From the IMG/VR virus record IMGVR_UViG_3300028833_000003: a stretch of DNA of 64,000 nucleotides; one strand, given 5' to 3'. This DNA comes from a virus. The notes below the pieces were generated by a model, which saw only the letters and a list, made by a program, of their open reading frames with translations, had not been told where the DNA came from and did not search any database. Positions 45,119-58,424 of this stretch are shown here, piece after piece (the first letter of the stretch is position 1; every line of letters starts with the position of its first letter). Made by a program: the position numbers and the translations under genes.

Positions 45119-48100
45119 TTAAATATCTCCATTAGGAGTATAAATAATAAAGTCTGGCGCATCGACGCGAGTACCATAGGTAGGATTGCTGCTTGGAGAA
45201 GTGTCTCTTAAAGAACCCCACAACTAGCTACCATAAGAACCAGTCTGTTCATCAATTCCACCGATAATATCATTTCTACTATATTCTGATAAATCTAAGT
45301 ATAACATAATTGTTTTAGTTCTAACATCATTAGCAAACCAAGCAACCTGGCCATTATTATCTACAGGTGGATTAACAAAATTCTCACGACCTGCTTCACC
45401 AGTAAAGTCACGTCTAAATGGTGCTTGACTGCCATCTCCACCTTGACCATAACTTACTAATGCTGATGTATTAACTGGATTATCTACTGTACCAAATTCA
45501 ATAGTTTCGTAGCCAATATTTTCAAATGCTCTTAATCCAATCTATGAAATATTAACATTGGCAGTTAATACAAGACGTGTATTAGCAATATATCTTGCTC
45601 CGCCTTCTTTATTAGCAGCATCGTCTCTATTACGTAACAAACCAACTGAGTTCATTTGGATAAATGCTCTTGTGCCAATAACCGATGCATTAATTGGATC
45701 ATGCAATACTAGGCGTGTAGCATAAGCAACTGCGCCAGGTCCAATTACATTTAATGACTGTGGTATATCAAGATGACGTAAGTTAGGCATATAAGCAAAC
45801 GCACATGTACCAAATTCTGTAATCCGACAAGGATTTTGTTCATCATTCATACCTTCAAAGAAGATGTGAGTAATTTGCGCATTATGTGTCTGGCCATTCT
45901 CTACTGTTGCTGTTGGTACATTATCTTGGATAATACCATTGGCTGCCATCTTTGTAACAGTATAATTAACTGTTTCACCACCGCCAACATCAACAGTAAT
46001 TGTTCTTGGGATACAAATCTTACCGTAAGCTAATGGGCATCCCTTTTTAATACTAATAGAAACTTCAGTACCTTGAGCATTATTAGTAGCGATATTAAAG
46101 TTTTCTGTTGTACCAGGGATAGGATAATCATATACGCTTACTGTTTTGAATTGTGCGAAGAACGTAATTGGCTTATCTGTTGTTGGAGTACGAGTTGAAT
46201 TATAAGTATAATATACATCATTAGCTTCTGGTACTTCTTTTGTGGTCCATCCTAAGAAATGATAAGTCTGTGCCAATGGCAACATTGAATCATCCTTATA
46301 TGGATTAACTCTTGAGAATTGAATTGGCTCGCCTGCATAAGCAGTACCAGTTAATACATTCCCATCAAAATCAGTAGCAGGAGTAGTCGCATTAAACATA
46401 TACGTAATTAAATATGGTGTTTTAGAATAAACTGCAACTAATGTATAATTAACTAAATTGCCGCCTGTTGGTTGCAAAGATAAAGAAGACAAATTAACTT
46501 CACCCATGCTATTTGCAGGAAGGATAGTACCAGCATCAATTAAATTTAATGCCTCGGTTTTATCTAATTGAGATGCCTTGGCACGCCATTGCTCAACGGT
46601 ATATTGATTTTCGCCATCACCAGCAATAGCCCAACCCATAAAGTCATAATGCAAACGACGTGGTTTTTCAAAATTCTCTGAATAAGATACCTGTGCATTA
46701 CCAAATCCATTTGCATACTTTTGAGTGCCAAACTCATGCATGCTCTTACCTTCATCATCTAAGAATTCAATAAAGCGCGCACGATTAGCTTCTGTTACGT
46801 AATTTGCGGTAATATCAAGTTTATTGAAATTACCAGTAGCCTGATAGTAAGCAAAAATTTCTGCTTCATTTACTGGCGTACTTGAAGTATTATTGATATG
46901 TACTTTACCAGTAATAGTAGGAATTAATTTTTCATTCTTATTTGTAACACTATCTAGCAATGGACGGAAATGATAATTTTCAATGCTGCCTTGACTAATA
47001 CGGTCTTGGATGAAATTATTAAACAATGATAAATTAGTGATTGGGCTTTCACCTTTTTCAGTATCATATAGATATAATAAACCATCACGTTTATCTTGTT
47101 CAAATTGTGTAATATTAACACTAGGATTAATATTACCAGCACCAAAATAACGCACATATTTAATTTGATCTCTATAGTAATAATTTGCTTGCTGTGATTC
47201 ATCATAGCTTTCATCAACAGCTACTTGATGATAAGGTGTCCAATCAGCATTTAAAACTTGGATACGCAAATCTGCAGAAGTACCAGTGTGTGCCGTCGTT
47301 GGATTAGCAATACGTTCTCTCTTTAATTTTACCAAATAAGCTAGCATCTTATAAGTATCATAGCCTAATAAAGTATCATCCATTTGATAATATTGAATAA
47401 TAGAATTGTATTCATCTGGAATTGCAGAAGTAGTTAATGCATAATCTAACTTATCAGTTAAATCTTCTATATATAAACCTTCTTGATTATTTCCAGCACT
47501 TGTCTATGATTTGCTCGTTAAAATTCTAGTTAATTTCAATGGTGAAATCAAAGACAAATTACCAATAGTCTTTGGCAAATAAACTGTAGTTAATACATTA
47601 CCTGCAGGCATTGGCGCCTGTGCAATTTCAGTACCTAATAGTTTTAAAACTTCTAACTTCGGACAATCTTTAATATCTGGATCACCAGTTAATTGTTTTA
47701 AATTACTTAAATCAACTAAGCGTAATAATCCACGTGGTCCAATAGCAAAGCTGGTTAAATTATTGTTGTAATAACCTTCCCTATCATCACCAACTTTTAG
47801 CTCACGAATTCTGTCTGCAGAACCAAGCACAAATTCATTCAAATATTTAGGAGCTAAATCGCCTAAACTTGAAACATATTGTGGGCCTCTTACATAAGCT
47901 AATTGCTGCGTTAAAGCAACACCCAAAGATGCACGCTTACCAATTGAACTTGGTGGCTCAATAGTAACGTTTTCAGCAGTGCCGCCTAATTTAAATTTAA
48001 CACTTGGTGCAGCAGTTTGGTCATATAAGACTGTAACATACTGTGATAAATATGGTGTAATTGTAAATGTTGCGTTAGAATCAAATTGTTCATGGCCAAC

Positions 48101-51100
48101 CATATTGTCATCAGATGTTCTATCCTTATCATTTAAATTATAACGCATTTTAATTTGAGCACTTGTATTAATTGGGTCATATGCCGCAGCACTCCAGTGA
48201 GAATCAAGATAATTAAATCTATTACGAATTAAAGACTAACGTTGTAATGAACGGTCACCTTGTAAGCAATAGAAATAATCAGATGTGATAACTGTTGAAT
48301 GGTCAGGAGCAACATATCCTAAACCATTAATAGCTGGAGCAATATATTTATAAAATGCATCGTAGTTCTTCATAGATTCAGACCATCTGTTACTACTTGC
48401 AGTTTCATAATATTGCGTAATCGCTTCTTGTGTTAAAGATTCACGAATTGCTTTATACAAGTTAGCAATTTCACGAGAGAAACACAACTGAACGTTATTC
48501 CATAAAACCGAACCATTACCAGAGAAAATAGAGTCTGTAGTTCCACTGGCAGAATAAACCTCAATATTAGCGACACCATTGTCGTCAAATACGGTTCTTG
48601 TTGTTAAAGGAGGAGTTGCATCAACATCATAATCCCAATAAACCTGACCAGAGTTATTAATACCTAACTGCGTATCTAAGTCATAGAAAATAGGATACCA
48701 GATATAATCTCCGCCCTCACGTTCAGGACCCCAAGAAGCAAGCATCATATTCTTTTGACGAGAGTCATATAGTAAGAAGAATTCAGTGAATACAAAATAG
48801 AAAAGTACATAAGCCAAATTTAAATGTTCGCTAAATTCATTGCGGAACTTAGCTAAGCGGTATCTGTCATTATCAATAGTAAATTTCTCATATAATACGC
48901 TAGCATCAAAACCATCAATATCAATACTTAAATTTAATGTTATATATTTGACCCAATAAGTTGAATCACTATTATTAACATTAACAAAGGTAATACCTAA
49001 GTCATTTGCTAAATCAACGACATGAGAACCATAATGCCAACGCCAATTTGGTTCTTCATTAGTACCATCGTTACTATAAATAAAGCCTTGCTCACCAACA
49101 TATTCTTCATTAGTATGTTCTTTATCATCGGTTTCTAAAGATTTTAAGAAACTCCAAATCTTACTTGAATCAGTAATTTCAAAAGTAATGTCTGCAGAAT
49201 CTTTTAGGTTACTATTTTTAATTTCACCAGTTTTTGGATCAAGAGTTAAATGGTCTGTTAAATACGCACCCTTTTTAGTTACATGATTTGCAACTGTAAT
49301 GGTAGCAGGAGTGTATTCATTTGTATCACTATCATAATGATAATATTCTACACCTGGTTCATACTCAGTAGATAATGTACGATAATATTTTGTACCAATA
49401 TCACGTACTGGCTGAGAAGCTTTTCTGCCAATATAAGAAGTAACGTCAGTCTAACGAATCCAATCCCAAAGTCTATGCAAGTTTTCAGTACGATTTACCC
49501 ATTCAAAGGCATTACCATCGCCATCTTTACCAGAAACAACACCTGTACCTACCATTTCTGGATAACGCTGTTCAAAATGTTCAGAAATTTCATAATATTG
49601 AACTTCTTGTCCATTAATAGTAGTTGTACTTGTTGCTAACCAGTTATCTGCCACAGAGTCATCTTGGAACTTACCATGACCAGCTTGATTTTGACGGAAT
49701 TCCCAACATTCACAAACATCAGCATATGTAGGATTGGTAATTGTTTTCAATGTACCAGTCTTCATATTTTCTTTATAGTTAGGATCATCTTCATCATCAT
49801 TGACTTTAGTTACTTGCAATGTGTGCAAATATTTATGAGTTGCTGGAATTACAGAAGGATTATCATCAGATTCTTCTTGTGTAGGATCAAAATCTGGATT
49901 AGCCTTTTCCTCATAAGTAAAACCAAAAGTGTTTTCACATTCTTTATGAGTATTAATATTGTAACGTCCAACAAACTTAATGTCGCCTGCGCCATTTTCC
50001 CAGAATAATAAGATTGGGAAACCAAAAACAGTAGTACGATAATTTTCAGTAGCACCTTCTGGATCTAATCTCTTTAATGGGTGCCGCAAATCATAACCAG
50101 CACCTGAATAATTACCTGCCAAATAAGCAACTAAATTTGCGCCGGGAGTATTATGAGAAGAAGCACTATCCATATAATCAGCTTTTAATACTAATGACTT
50201 ATTTTGCATACTGAATGCGAAATCTTGTCCATTAATTTTAGTACCAATAACTATTGTACCTTTATTCTTATTTGGGTCAGTAGCATTAGGTTTAAACTTG
50301 ATATATTTATTTTTTACTTTTAAATCCGCTTCGGTAATTGCAATATTGGCTTCATCACCATCCCACCAACAAATTTGGAATGGATTTGGTTCTGCTACTT
50401 TATCTTTATCATTCCAGTCTGCTGAACCTTGCTTTAATTTAAGCTAGAAATTACGACGTGGATAACCTTGTGAAGAAGTACCTTGTACGTCAATAGTAAC
50501 ATTTGTAGCTTTCCAACAACGTTCTGGATCAAATGGATCATAATAACGAATATTACATCCGTACTTATCGCCCTTTTTATATGGCAATTCATCCATTAAT
50601 TTTTTAACGCCGTCAATTTTATCAGTTTTAATTACCATAATAGGAATTAATTTTTTTGCTTTAGCGTTAGCGTATTCGATAAAGTTTTGCTTAGGATCTA
50701 AAATACCCTGGTTTTTATCATAACGCTCTTTTTTAATTCTCAATGTTGGGCCATCTGCGGTCCAGTTTTGAGTAATACTACTGAAAGGCAAGTCATTCTC
50801 ATAAATACGAATATTATAAAGGTCAATATCGCAATAATCAGAATAAATATATAAACCTTCACGACGTGTATTTGGATCCAAATTCTGCGCAAATGATTGC
50901 GTAAATGAAGAGTCTGCTGGGAAGGTTAAAATATTTGTAATAACGCCATTAATATAAGCAAAAATTACAGGCTTACCTAATGTTTTTGTTGAACCATCTT
51001 CCATCTTAAATGCTGGATTTTGAGAAACAACAAAAGAAACTTTAACACGAACATCATCTGTATAGCGTGCATTAACCAACAAAGATTTAGATAATGCCAA

Positions 51101-53164
51101 GAATGCTTCTTGAGTACCTAAGATTAAACCTTTATCAGAAGCATAATACTGTAAGAACGTGCCGCGGCCGTTAGTAGTAACTGTACGAGCAAGAACTTCA
51201 CCACCAGTAAGCGGATTTTCTTGAGGTACTAAATTACCATCTTGATCAACAGCAAGACCTTTCTCATTAGCATGGTATTTACTCTCATCATAAGCAAATG
51301 CTTCTTGCAAATCGGAATCATAATATTTATATTTTCTTTCGCCATTCTCATCTACTTCAGTTAATTGCTCATAAGTTAAATAAACTGTTCTTGTTTCAAT
51401 TAATCGTGAATAGTCTGTTGCATTATGAATAGCAAATTCAAATTCATAAGTTTGGTTACCGCCAGCACTAAAAACTGAGCAAGGAATAAATACAGATGCG
51501 CCATTAGATACTCTTAAACAAGTATTACCATCATCATCTTTCAACCAACCATTATTGTACCAGTTAAAATTATTTAATTCAATTGGTGCATTTTCATATG
51601 ATTGAGTTGTAAGATTATATGTCTTTAATATATTGTTGCTTGCTTTCTTTGCTGTATTATTCCATTGAGCACGCTTAATTTTTGATTCATTATTAGAACG
51701 TCCAGTAGCAGATAATTCTAATACAGCATCTTTTTCAGGTTCAAGAGTGTATTGTGAATTACGTGTTATTGTTACTTCAGTCGTCCAAGAAGTTTGACCA
51801 GCAACAATAGTAAATACGTTTTGTCCTAATTGATAATTACCAACTTCCCAATAGTTATAATCATTAGGATTATATGCTACATCTAAAGAACTAACTTCTT
51901 CACCATTAACATAGAAGAAGACTTCTGTAGAAGCATTATTAGAAGGATCAACTACCATATAAGGAATGGTAATTAAAGTATAGTTTTCAAAAGTCGCTTC
52001 ATGTTGGAAAGGAGACCAAATAATTGGTGTTAAATTACCAGTAACGAACCAACCGATTTCATAATGTAAGCCACTTGTAATAGGAATGGTTACACCATTT
52101 AATGTCATTGTCGCTTCGATGTCTAATGAATGATTACCGTGTGCGGCGTCAATAAACAAATCTGCCAAAGGAACCGCACCACTGGCTGAAGTAACGTCTC
52201 TTGTAATAGTGCGTTCTGTCGTAAGTCCGCGATCAATGGTGGCTGATATTTTCATATTTGACGTATCAATTAAAGCATTAAAATCAGTTTGACTCATAGA
52301 AGTATCATAGGTTACAGTATATGCATAATCAAAGTCATCTAAGGATTCTGCATTTTTTAACTCACGAGGCTTCCAGAAAATTTCATTTGCAACCAAATGA
52401 ATATCAATAACTTGAACATTTTCCCAACTCTTAGGAGATTTACGTCCATTAACAGTTGCATATAGTTTTAAAATATTAGTACCTACACGCAAATAGTTAT
52501 AAGGAATTTCAACCGTAGTTTCACCAGCATTAACATCGCAACGACCAATCATCATGGTTTCACGGAATGGTGCTACTGCTTCTTCGCTAGCATAGAACTC
52601 TACATATAAAGTACCATTATGACCTTCACGTGTTAAGCTATCTAAGATACGAGCTTTCAAAGTAATGCTTGTACCAGAAACAACCATTGCTAATGGACTT
52701 TCAGTAACTAATACGGTAACACCAGAAGATTGCTCGCCTTCTCCACCACCGCCACCAGTACCAGCAACTAAAATTTTTGTAACATAGCAATTTTCATCAT
52801 CAATATCTATAATACGATATAATGAACCATCTTTGTTTAAAATAATATCATTCGCTCCATAGGTCTCCTATTTAACTCCCATTTCTTCATATGCTTCAGC
52901 AATACTTGAGCGAGGGAAGATATTTGATGCTGCACCGTGACCACTTGGAGCAGGCAATAAACTTTCTACTTGTGAGCCATAGACAAATTTTATCCCAGAT
53001 GCGCCAACAGAGTGTCTTAATCCGTCAGCATCATCAAAATAAAGACGCTCTGTGTCTGTAGTAAAATATACAGCGCCAGGAGTAGTTGGTAATCCATCAA
53101 TCGCATGTTCAGTACCGCGATAAACAGAAAACGCATCTTGGGAAACAGAAGCTTTACTTGCCAT
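45119..53164 (-). CDS. Giant multidomain virion protein (2681 aa): fibre N-motif, Gly linker, CotH-like domain, LRR regions (7 in-frame TAG)
   Basis: One frame from ATG 53164 to TAA 45119, with all gaps checked. TAGs are at 52868, 50444, 49451, 48236, 47504, 45542 and 45224.
- fibre N-motif: GAVYFTTDTERLYFDD
- Gly linker: GTGGGGGEGE
- CotH-like: DVQGTSSQGYPRRNF.., LKADYMDSASS.., YIWYPIFYDLDTQLG
- LRR-like: NLKQLTGDPDIKDCPKLEVLKLLGT, and the BspA-type ITEFGTCAFAYMPNLRHLDIPQSL. Confidence 0.7.
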
Positions 53165-53187
53165 ACTTGTACTCCTTTCCTCTAAAT

Positions 53188-53233
53188 ATCATAGCCATAA
53201 GAATGAATTCTTATGGCTATGATAATCTATATA
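53188..53233 (-). promoter_or_regulatory. Late element L3: TATATAGA + 17-bp perfect hairpin in the 5' leader
   Basis: The - strand reads TATATAGA-TT-ATCATAGCCATAAGAAT-TC-ATTCTTATGGCTATGAT. The SD AAAGGAG follows 11 nt downstream. Confidence 0.45.
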
Positions 53234-53238
53234 ATTAA

Positions 53239-54966
53239 TTAAAATGAACCCCAAACTAAATTAATAGCAACACCATTACTATTTGTGCCTGCACTTAATG
53301 CCAATGAAGAAGATTCAATATAATGTGATGTCTTCTTATTGTTAGAACCATCGGCCAAAGTAAAGGTACTAATTAATTCAGCAGAATTTACATCAAGATC
53401 AACACTGTTGGCAATGTTAGTGATACCGCTACGAGTATCAGTAATAGTCATTGTCTCAGTTGTTAAACCATTAATATGACCAGAAGAATCATAAGTAACT
53501 CCAGTAACAAATGTTTTTTGCATTTGTACAACGCCATTAGTAGCTGTTGCGCCTACCATGGTTGAAGTAGAAGTAACTGGAGTAAATGTACTAGCAGCAT
53601 GTCCAACACTTACAACTCTACCGGCACCAGAGCCAGTTGAAGATACAGTAAATTTATTATCAAAATTAATAGTACCATAAGTATTATTATTACGAATTAA
53701 TGTAATTTGGTTAGAATCGCTATCTGCATTGAACATATAAGTTGCAGTAACGTCTTCACCTGATCTTACATGAGTCCATTCAATACCATTCGCTGGTAAA
53801 TAACCAGTAGTAGCATTTTCTGAATATCCATCTTTCGCACTCGCAATAACAATATCACCTGGTAAATATTGGTCTGCGCCAATAGTGAAACCTGACTAGA
53901 CAGCATAAGTATCGCCAATTGAAATATTAGATGTCGGTAAAGCCGTAGTTGTAGAAGTCAATCCACCTTTAAACGTCATCGCATTAACTGCGCCTAATAA
54001 AGAATCAACTTGGCTTGTACTATAAACATCTAAATCCCATGTTAAAGTAGTAACACGAGACGTGCCATTACCAGTAGAATTTTCAGTTGCTTTAACAGTC
54101 GTTTTACTACCAGCTTGACCATACGAAATTTTTGGTGCCAATTTTGCACCAGACATATAAACAGTGCCTTGAGGAGTACCACTAGAAGGTAAAGAAGCAT
54201 ACCATTTACCTTGTAAAATACCCTCTTCACCATCATAAGTTAAATACTCATCTTTACCAGTGGTAATAGTAACTGTACCTTTGGTATTTGTTGCATTAGA
54301 CTCACTTAAACTAACGGCTGCACCGCCAGCACCTTTAATAGTAATATTACCAAGATTATCTCCACTACGGGTATTAGCTTGACCATTGCCAATTTTATAC
54401 TCGGTTCCGATACTCAATAAAGTACCACCAGTTACCGCGGTAGCAGTTAATTTTGCAGTATCTACTTCTGATTCTGCCGTAATTGCAGGAGAAGCAGTAG
54501 TGCTACTACTGTCCTAGGTAAATTTAACAGTACTGCTATCAACTAATCTATAATTAGTGCTTCTTAAAACATCATTACCATTCTTTAATGCTTGAGTAAT
54601 AGTAATTTGCCCACCATCGGTATCTAAAGATGTTATAAAAGCACTGACATATTCAGTAAATTCTTTTTGAGCATTAATCTGCTTCCATCTGGTTCCATCC
54701 CAAGCGCACAAAATATTTTCTGCTGCGATATAATAAATTGCATCTTTAGCTTTTGTATTACCTTGTGTATCAGCTTGGAATGTAGCCCATGACTATGTTA
54801 CTCTGACAGTATCGCCCAAACGAATACGTTGGAGACCTTTTGTGCCGCCAAAGTCATGGTCTAAATATATGGCTTGTTCATCAGTAGTAATTAAAATCTA
54901 ACCATCTACTAGAGCAGCGCTGCTTAGATTATCTAACAAGCCTTTTTTAAAGACTACATTACTCAT
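53239..54966 (-). CDS. Fibre-like virion protein (575 aa, 4 in-frame TAG)
   Basis: ATG at 54966 after AAAGGAG. The N-terminus is MSNVVFKKGLLDNLSSAALVDGQILITTDEQAIYLD. TAGs are at 54898, 54793, 54514 and 53896. Confidence 0.6.
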
Positions 54967-54983
54967 GTACCATTCATCTCCTT

Positions 54984-56237
54984 TTAATTATTAATCGCTT
55001 CCCAGCGAAGCACAACCGCATCAACAGCAGTCTATACATATTCTTCTACAGTATTATATTGAATATTGTTAATAGTTAAATCTCCAATACGAGAATCCAT
55101 ACCACCAGCACCGCCAGCAGTAACCCATTCGCCTAAAGCATTTAATACTAAAGAAGATTTATTGCCATTGCCACTATACACCGGAACAAGACCACTAGCT
55201 ACGCCATTAAACGTTGGTAAAGTAACTGTATTATTAGTTTTAATTAAATTAATGTTTCCGACTTTAACATTTGAAATATAATCTGCAAATAATCCTGTCG
55301 CAGGTTTCATCTCACCAGAAACACTATCTAATTCAGCAGGCTTACCAACTAATGATTCTAAAGTTGTAATTTTAGAATCTACTGCCGCAACCTCGCGGTC
55401 AGTTGCATAGCCAGATAATACATCAGCAGTTTCAATCCACTCAGTGCCATTCCAAACATAGTTTTTATTATCAACAGTATAAACATCGCCATTAACAGGA
55501 GATAATTCATTTAATTCTTCTGCTTCTCCACGATATGTAAAAATTGAACCAACTGTTGATTCTAACGCAGAAATGCGCTGAGTATTACTAGCATTTAGAA
55601 CTTGTAAATCTGCAACCTCTCTCGCAAGGGCCGAAACATCTTCCGCAACTACCCATCCAAAAATTAAATTATTGTTATAGGTAATAATACGAGGAACAAG
55701 CCCATCGCGCCAAGGATGAGTGGCATCTACTGTAACCTTAACGTATTGTTGAGTTGAAGTATTATAAGTATAATACTCAACTTCAAATCCTTTAAGACTT
55801 AAAGCATTGTTATGATTGACAATAGTTTCATCATCAACGGCACCCAAAGCACTTTCAGAAAGGGCAGTTTCCAGATTTTTACCATTAGAAAGAATAACAT
55901 TCTAAGCAGCAATTCGCTCATTTAAAATAACCCAAGTAGTACCAGTCCATAAACCAGTCATAATTGTATTATTTTTTCGCCATAAAACAATATCACCAAC
56001 TACTTTTTCTGCATCCGCGCCAGCTGCTAAAATAAATACATCCGCTGCCGTTGCTGTGCTAGGTACAATCGCAGTATAATTAAATACACGCTATTTCGTT
56101 GAAATAAGCGTAGTACCCTTATATAATTCACCAGTGTCAGTAATAAAATATAAAATATTATTTAACTTTTCTTCTAATGCATTATAATCCGCTTTTGTAC
56201 CAACCCGAAATAGAACACGCTCTTCGTTGTCAGGCAT
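54984..56237 (-). CDS. Fibre-like virion protein with coiled-coil segments (417 aa, 3 in-frame TAG)
   Basis: The N-terminus is MPDNEERVLFRVGTKADYNALEEKLNNILYFITDTGELYKG. TAGs are at 56091, 55902 and 55032. TAA stop at 54984. Confidence 0.6.
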
Positions 56238-56308
56238 AACATTTTTCACTCCCTTTCTATATGGCTTGGTCTTTCTATTATATTCAAAATCACATAAGAC
56301 AGATTAGT

Positions 56309-58057
56309 TTATCTCGCCCACATTGCTCCACGTACTTTATTATTTTCATCCATAGCCACAAACGTATTCCCAACAACAACAGGATAAGCAGTTGCCAATA
56401 CTCCATTCTCACCAAGAACCCAATAAGAACTTACTTCTTCTTGCCAGTCTTCTAGCGCTGCCAATCTGTTTAAAATTGTGTCTTCATCTGCGTGTTTTTC
56501 TCCACGACCTAATAAAGCAATAACAGATGTTAAATCAATGCCTGATAAACTATTATAAATACCCCAAATAGTTGGTTCAGCATTTTCATTCATAGTATCT
56601 TGCGGCGTGCCAATTTGTGCCTATACATCAGCGATATCCTATGATAAAACATTCAACATACCATAAATTGTAGCGGTATCTACATTTTCACTATCATTTT
56701 CACCAAGTAATCCTTCAATAATTTCTAAATCTTCATTGGCTTTAATTAATGTAGCATCTAAATGATCTAATTGATCAGAAACTTCCATACCTTTTGCTAA
56801 TAAGCCACGAACAGTTGTTAAATCATATACTGGTGTCCATCCCTCAGGAGGTATTTGGTCTTTAGGAATGTATTGATCTGCATTATCTAAATCTTTATAA
56901 TGCCATTCTCCGCGACCATTTTCTTCACGTTCGTGTCCCTCATAGCCAATTAATTCTAACATAGTATTCGCAATACCACGTAAAGTATAAGTATCTTTAC
57001 CACCTGGGTCATTATGCGCAACCTCATAAGTTGAATTAATAGTAGTATCTCTTGGCGTTCTTCTTGTAACAAATTGACCTGAAGTTGTCTCGGTTGCAAC
57101 ACCCACTCCACTTCCATATACTACGTCCCATACCTAAGCAATAGTATTACCTATCTCAGCAAAATTAATATGTATGTCATATACATCTGGTAATGCCCCT
57201 GTTGCCGATGGGGAAGCAGAGCCTGAAGCAGCATTTATGTCGCGTGCATTATAAGGATATGATTTATAATGAGTAGGTTGATAAGTAAGCCCAACATTTA
57301 AAAAAGAATTTTCTATTAAATTCTTATCACAATGCTCAAAAGGAGAAAATCCTTCCGTATTATATTCTTTAATACTACCAATACGATACAATGGAGTTTG
57401 TGACATATGTAATTCATATGTCAAACCACTTTTAAGTAAATAAGGCGCACGAAGACGCTCATTATTCATATTAACATTAACATAGCCACCAGTGAATGGA
57501 GCATCAATAATACATTCTACTTGTGGTAAATATTCATTCAAACTAGCGATTTCTCTATAATAATATCCCTAATCTTTAGAATATAATTTAATAAATACTG
57601 AGTTATGCGCAGGTTCTAAACTATGTGTAATATCTTGAAATATATTATCAAAATATGTATATAAAGGATCAGCTTCATCAATTTCGGCTAAATTAAATTC
57701 TGCTCCCTCTTCCATACTACACATATGATAGCCACTATTTGTATAATAATAATATCTTGTTCTCCAAGAACCAGCCAATAAATTTTCATATACAACACCT
57801 GGTTTTGGATCAATTACATTATCAAATTGCGGACTTACTTGTGTATTCTGTGTATATGTATGATAAAATGTTTTATTGTTATTATTATAATAACCTAAAA
57901 CAGTTTCTGCTGCACCATAAGTCACTAAGGCATAACGACCTACTAATACTCCATCATCTTGATGCTGCATCAATTCCCACCGTGATGTATAAACCTTATC
58001 AAATACAAAAGTAGGTTGCTAAGGAGTTGTTAAATTACCATAAAAATTTTCAGGCAT
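56309..58057 (-). CDS. Virion structural protein (582 aa, 5 in-frame TAG)
   Basis: ATG at 58057 after GGGGGAGGG. TAGs are at 58019, 57569, 57134, 56639 and 56621. Four track fragments lie in one frame. Confidence 0.55.
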
Positions 58058-58058
58058 A

Positions 58059-58406
58059 TTATGATATTCCCTCCCCCGCATACATCATATCAATTATAAT
58101 TGAAGGCACTGATTGCGCGGTTATATTTAAGTCAATACTACTATTATCAAATTGTAATAAACGAATTAATGCTCCCGCACTTGCATCAATTTCCCAAATG
58201 CCAGATGGACCAATCATAATTGGATAGACATCATTATTAACAAAAAAACGTGTGCCTGGCGCAGCCTAAATGCCTAAACGAGTAATTGGATAAAATGGTT
58301 CAAATGCGGTGCCATTAACCAACTGCTCTCTTGTAATACCTGCAGGAACATTAATTAAATTAGAATCTCCACCCCAGGTAATCTGATAAAAATTAATTGC
58401 ATCCAT
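58059..58406 (-). CDS. Small virion-module protein (115 aa, 1 in-frame TAG)
   Basis: ATG at 58406 after AAAGGAG, with a TAG at 58266. The TAA stop abuts the next ATG. Confidence 0.5.
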
Positions 58407-58424
58407 AAATTTTAAACTCCTTTA

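Noticed and set aside
29239-54236. Same-strand alternative-frame ORFs within the fibre and virion genes: 29239.., 36673.., 37225.., 37936.., 38302.., 38794.., 46564.., 46954.., 49849.., 54042...
   Set aside because: They are out of frame with the continuous TAG-joined genes and are rich in L/M/V/I from shifted codons. No independent start signals were found.
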